64,000 nucleotides of DNA from assembly GCA_964016885.1 (NCBI GenBank), contig CAXHJY010001513.1, positions 1 to 64,000 on the forward strand. Direction: 5' to 3'. Position 1 is the first letter of the stretch. Every line of letters starts with the position of its first letter. Origin of the DNA: Eledone cirrhosa (Eukaryota). The translations under genes were made by a program, and so were the position numbers. The notes under the pieces were generated by a model. That model had not been told where the DNA came from. It saw nothing but the letters and a program-made list of their open reading frames with translations, and ran no database searches. Shown one piece after another: positions 60,750-64,000 of the stretch.

Positions 60750-62257
60750 TTTGATGTTGATAATAATGGTGATGACGATGATGATGATGATGATGACAAT
60801 GACGACGACAACCACCATAACGATGATTATGAAGATTATGGTGTTAATCCACCGCAGAGTAAATGCCAAAGGCAAAGTATTCGGTTGAGAAAGAGTCGAA
60901 GACATTTTTATTTTGGTGTGTGTCTCTGTTGAAATATATATAGTGGCGGTATTTGATGGCTTGGGAGATAAAGATAGACTAAAAATAACTTTTGGGGAAG
61001 AAAGAAAAGAGAAAAAGGAGGAGAAACGAGAAGAAATAAAGGATGAAAAGAAAGAACCCCCCCCCCCCCCAAAAAAAAAAAGGCAACAAAAAGTAGCCAA
61101 CAACAAACAAAGAAACAAGAAGTAATAGACATGCACACTAGATGAATAAAATGTAAATTGGTCAGTGAAGAGGAGGCAGTGAATGGGGGGGGGGTGAGAG
61201 GAGGAGGAAGAGTGGAGGAGGAAGAGAGGAGAAGGTAGAAAGGAGGAGGTAGGGAGTAGGAGGCAGAGAGAAGGAGGTGGGGAGGGGGAAAGGGCAAGAC
61301 TTTCTTTAGATGTTCAAAACCAGTTAATACAGATTCTGACTGATCTTTCAGAAGATGAAAGACATTCTGGCTCTTGGACAATTACTAGAAGAAATCATGG
61401 AGAAATTGGTGGCGGCGTTGGTGGTGGAAGAGGGGGGTGTAGTGGTGGTGGTGGTGATGTTGTTGTTGTTGTTGATGGTTTGGGTGGGAATGAGGTGGGG
61501 GTGATAACGGTGCTGGAAGTTATGTTGGGGATGGTGCTGGTGTAGTTCCACCACCACCACCACCACCAGCAACAACACCACCACCACCAACGCCATCAAC
61601 ATCTCCACCACCTCCACCACCTCCACCACCACCGCCGCCACCTCCGCCACAATCACCACCACCACCACCACCATCATTACCACAACCACCAGCAACAACA
61701 ACGCCGCCATCAGCACCTCCACCGCCACCACCGACAACAACACCCCCATCAACACCTCCACCGCCACCACCTCCACCGCCACCACCATCAACATCTCCAC
61801 CACCACCTTCATCACCACCACCACCGCCGCCACCGCCACGAGCGACATACAAAAGACATAGTGAAATATTTATGAGAGAATTAATGTGAAGACATAAGCA
61901 TGTCTAGGAATAAAATTTAAATTAAAAATCAACGAAATTTCAATAATTTTTAAAAAAAATTCTATTTTCTTATTCTTTCCAATTCCTGTTTCAGACTTAT
62001 TAATACCAGAATTATTGAATTAAATGTGTTTTTTTTCCAATTTCTTCGACATTGTTTGAACATCGTCTGCATCTGACTTTGTTTACTTTTACAATATGAT
62101 TGGCTTATGTCATAAAATATGTGGTTAAGAAAGTTGGCTGGTTTACGAGAAATTGTGGAATTTTAAATATGAAAACATAGTCGCCACAATGCAGATAATT
62201 ATATCAATAGTTGATAACTATAATTAAAAGTTGTATATATATATATATAGAGACAGT

Positions 62258-62415
62258 CCAATGTTTCCATTGGTCTTTCCAATTGCTAATACTATCTATC
62301 GGTCGCAACTCCAGGTAGAAGGAGCAACGTGAAATAAAGTGCCTTGGCCAAGGACATAGCGCATCGCCCGGTTCGATTGCTAATCCAGTTCTCTAACCAC
62401 TCAGCCACAAGCCTT
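62258..62415 (-). mobile_element. SINE family 2, internally deleted
   Basis: Matches 45700-45912. Confidence 0.8.
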
Positions 62416-62416
62416 C

Positions 62417-62491
<75 letters not shown>

Positions 62492-62537
62492 CACACATAC
62501 CTTTATGTATAGATATCGATCTATATGCATAACTATT

Positions 62538-62820
62538 CTAAGGCGGGTAAAATTCCCGAGATCCATGGACGAGTTCTCTCCAGCAGTCTCTATCCCTCAT
62601 TATCGCTGCCATGTCCTGCGTCTCCAACAGACTAGTGTCTGTCCTTAGGGCATCAACATACGTTAACCTTGGTCTTCCACTTCCAGTGTGTCCATGTAGG
62701 GGCTCCCACAGGAGCACTGAGTGCAATGTCAACTCTGGATGTCGGTGAGCATGTCCAGCTAACCTCAGTCTCCTCTGTGTCACTTTTGAGCTGACTTTTG
62801 GGATGCTCCCATACAGCACT
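62538..62820 (-). pseudogene. RTE-like LINE ORF C-terminal remnant, frame intact
   Basis: [28 protein letters not shown]...LLWEPLHG...GRPRLTYVDAL...MRDRDCWR. Confidence 0.85.
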
Positions 62821-62924
62821 ATATGTATACATATATACACATATATGTATACATAACTATATATGTATACATATATACACATATATGTATACATAACTAT
62901 ATGTATACATATATACACACACAT

Positions 62925-63009
<85 letters not shown>

Positions 63010-63459
63010 CACAAATATGTACAAATATACATACAGATAATGATATGAAAAGCCTGTGAATTCACACCATTCTAACTAATATAGCCTCACAGACAATTAT
63101 AGAGACTTGGTGAAATATAAAAAATATAAAATTCAATATAAATTTCTTCATCTCCCTGCTTTCGCTGATACTTCAATTTCAGTTTATGTGTAACATGTCT
63201 GTTTTTCATTATTTCGTCAAATGTTGAGATATTGTTGTTTACTTTACAATTTTAAATACATGATATCAACGTCAACAATTTTACTGTTAGCCATTTTTTT
63301 TTGTTTTGTTTTTTTTTTTCACAAGAACGCGTCATACGTCCTATAGATTTTTCCAGACGTCTGATATATCATCGCCATCTTGTTCCGTTCAGTATTGACA
63401 TGGTCGCTAAAAATATTTTTTTTCAAACCTTGCACTACTTATGTTGTTGATTTATTTAC

Positions 63460-63690
63460 TAAAAATCTTTTTTTTTTTTTACATTTTTCGTTACTTCTCC
63501 CCAACTTTCCTCTAAATCTTTCTTTTTTTTTTCACATTTTTCGTTACTTCTCCCCAACTTTCCTCTAAATCTTTCTTTTTTTTTTCACATTTTTCGTTAC
63601 TTCTCCCCAACTTTCCTCTAAATCTTTCTTTTTTTTTTCACATTTTTCGCTTCTTCTCCTCAACTTTCCTCTAAATCTTTCTTTATTCCA
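63460..63690. repeat. 53-bp tandem repeat, ~4 copies
   Basis: acatttttcg recurs at 63481, 63534, 63587 and 63640. Confidence 0.9.
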
Positions 63691-64000
63691 CGTTTGTTTC
63701 AAAAAGATTTCACCCATTTTATTTTACTGTGGGTTTTTTTTGTTTTTGTTTGTTTAGTTTGCTAAATATTAGCGGTGTGATTTTCAAATGATTTTCTCTA
63801 ATTGAATCTAGCAGTTTGTTTGGTTTGTTTGTCCATATTGGTTCGTAAGTAATTCTTGTCAAAAATCCTCCCCACCCTTATTACAGACACCTTCTCCCCC
63901 ACCCTCATTGAAATATATACTTCATACTCTTTTACTTCGACCTTCCAACGTGTTTTCGAAAATTTATTCCGTTATGGAATTCAGCTAAATTCTAAATAGT

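Noticed and set aside
61330-61440. Possible host exon (tttcag then MKDILALGQLLEEIMEKL)
   Set aside because: Runs into a GGT microsatellite, with no recognisable homology or partner exons.

Overview
Gene-poor, extremely microsatellite-rich animal DNA ((TA)n, (CA)n, (GA)n, (CAC)n, (TAC)n). The dominant tRNA-derived SINE resembles the octopus OK/Nin-domain SINE as I recall it, so an octopod cephalopod is likely (inference). No host protein-coding gene is recognisable, and nearly all ORFs in the track are microsatellite artefacts. Real coding remnants are a Penelope-like element (PLE) at ~36.65-39.16 kb (RT with its catalytic core deleted, plus a GIY-YIG endonuclease), a 52-codon PLE N-terminal fragment at 58.1-58.3 kb, and five RTE-LINE 3' stubs. 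The main hidden signal is a set of more than 20 short inserts from several families sitting inside (TA)n tracts. Many carry minimal type I hammerhead ribozymes with palindromic stem III. Many are foldbacks in which two inverted copies of a PLE-like 3' end point outwards and only one arm has a 50-140 bp tail, and tails of unrelated families share a YYGAGYRCY-like motif. All coordinates and pairings were read by eye and may be off by a few bases.
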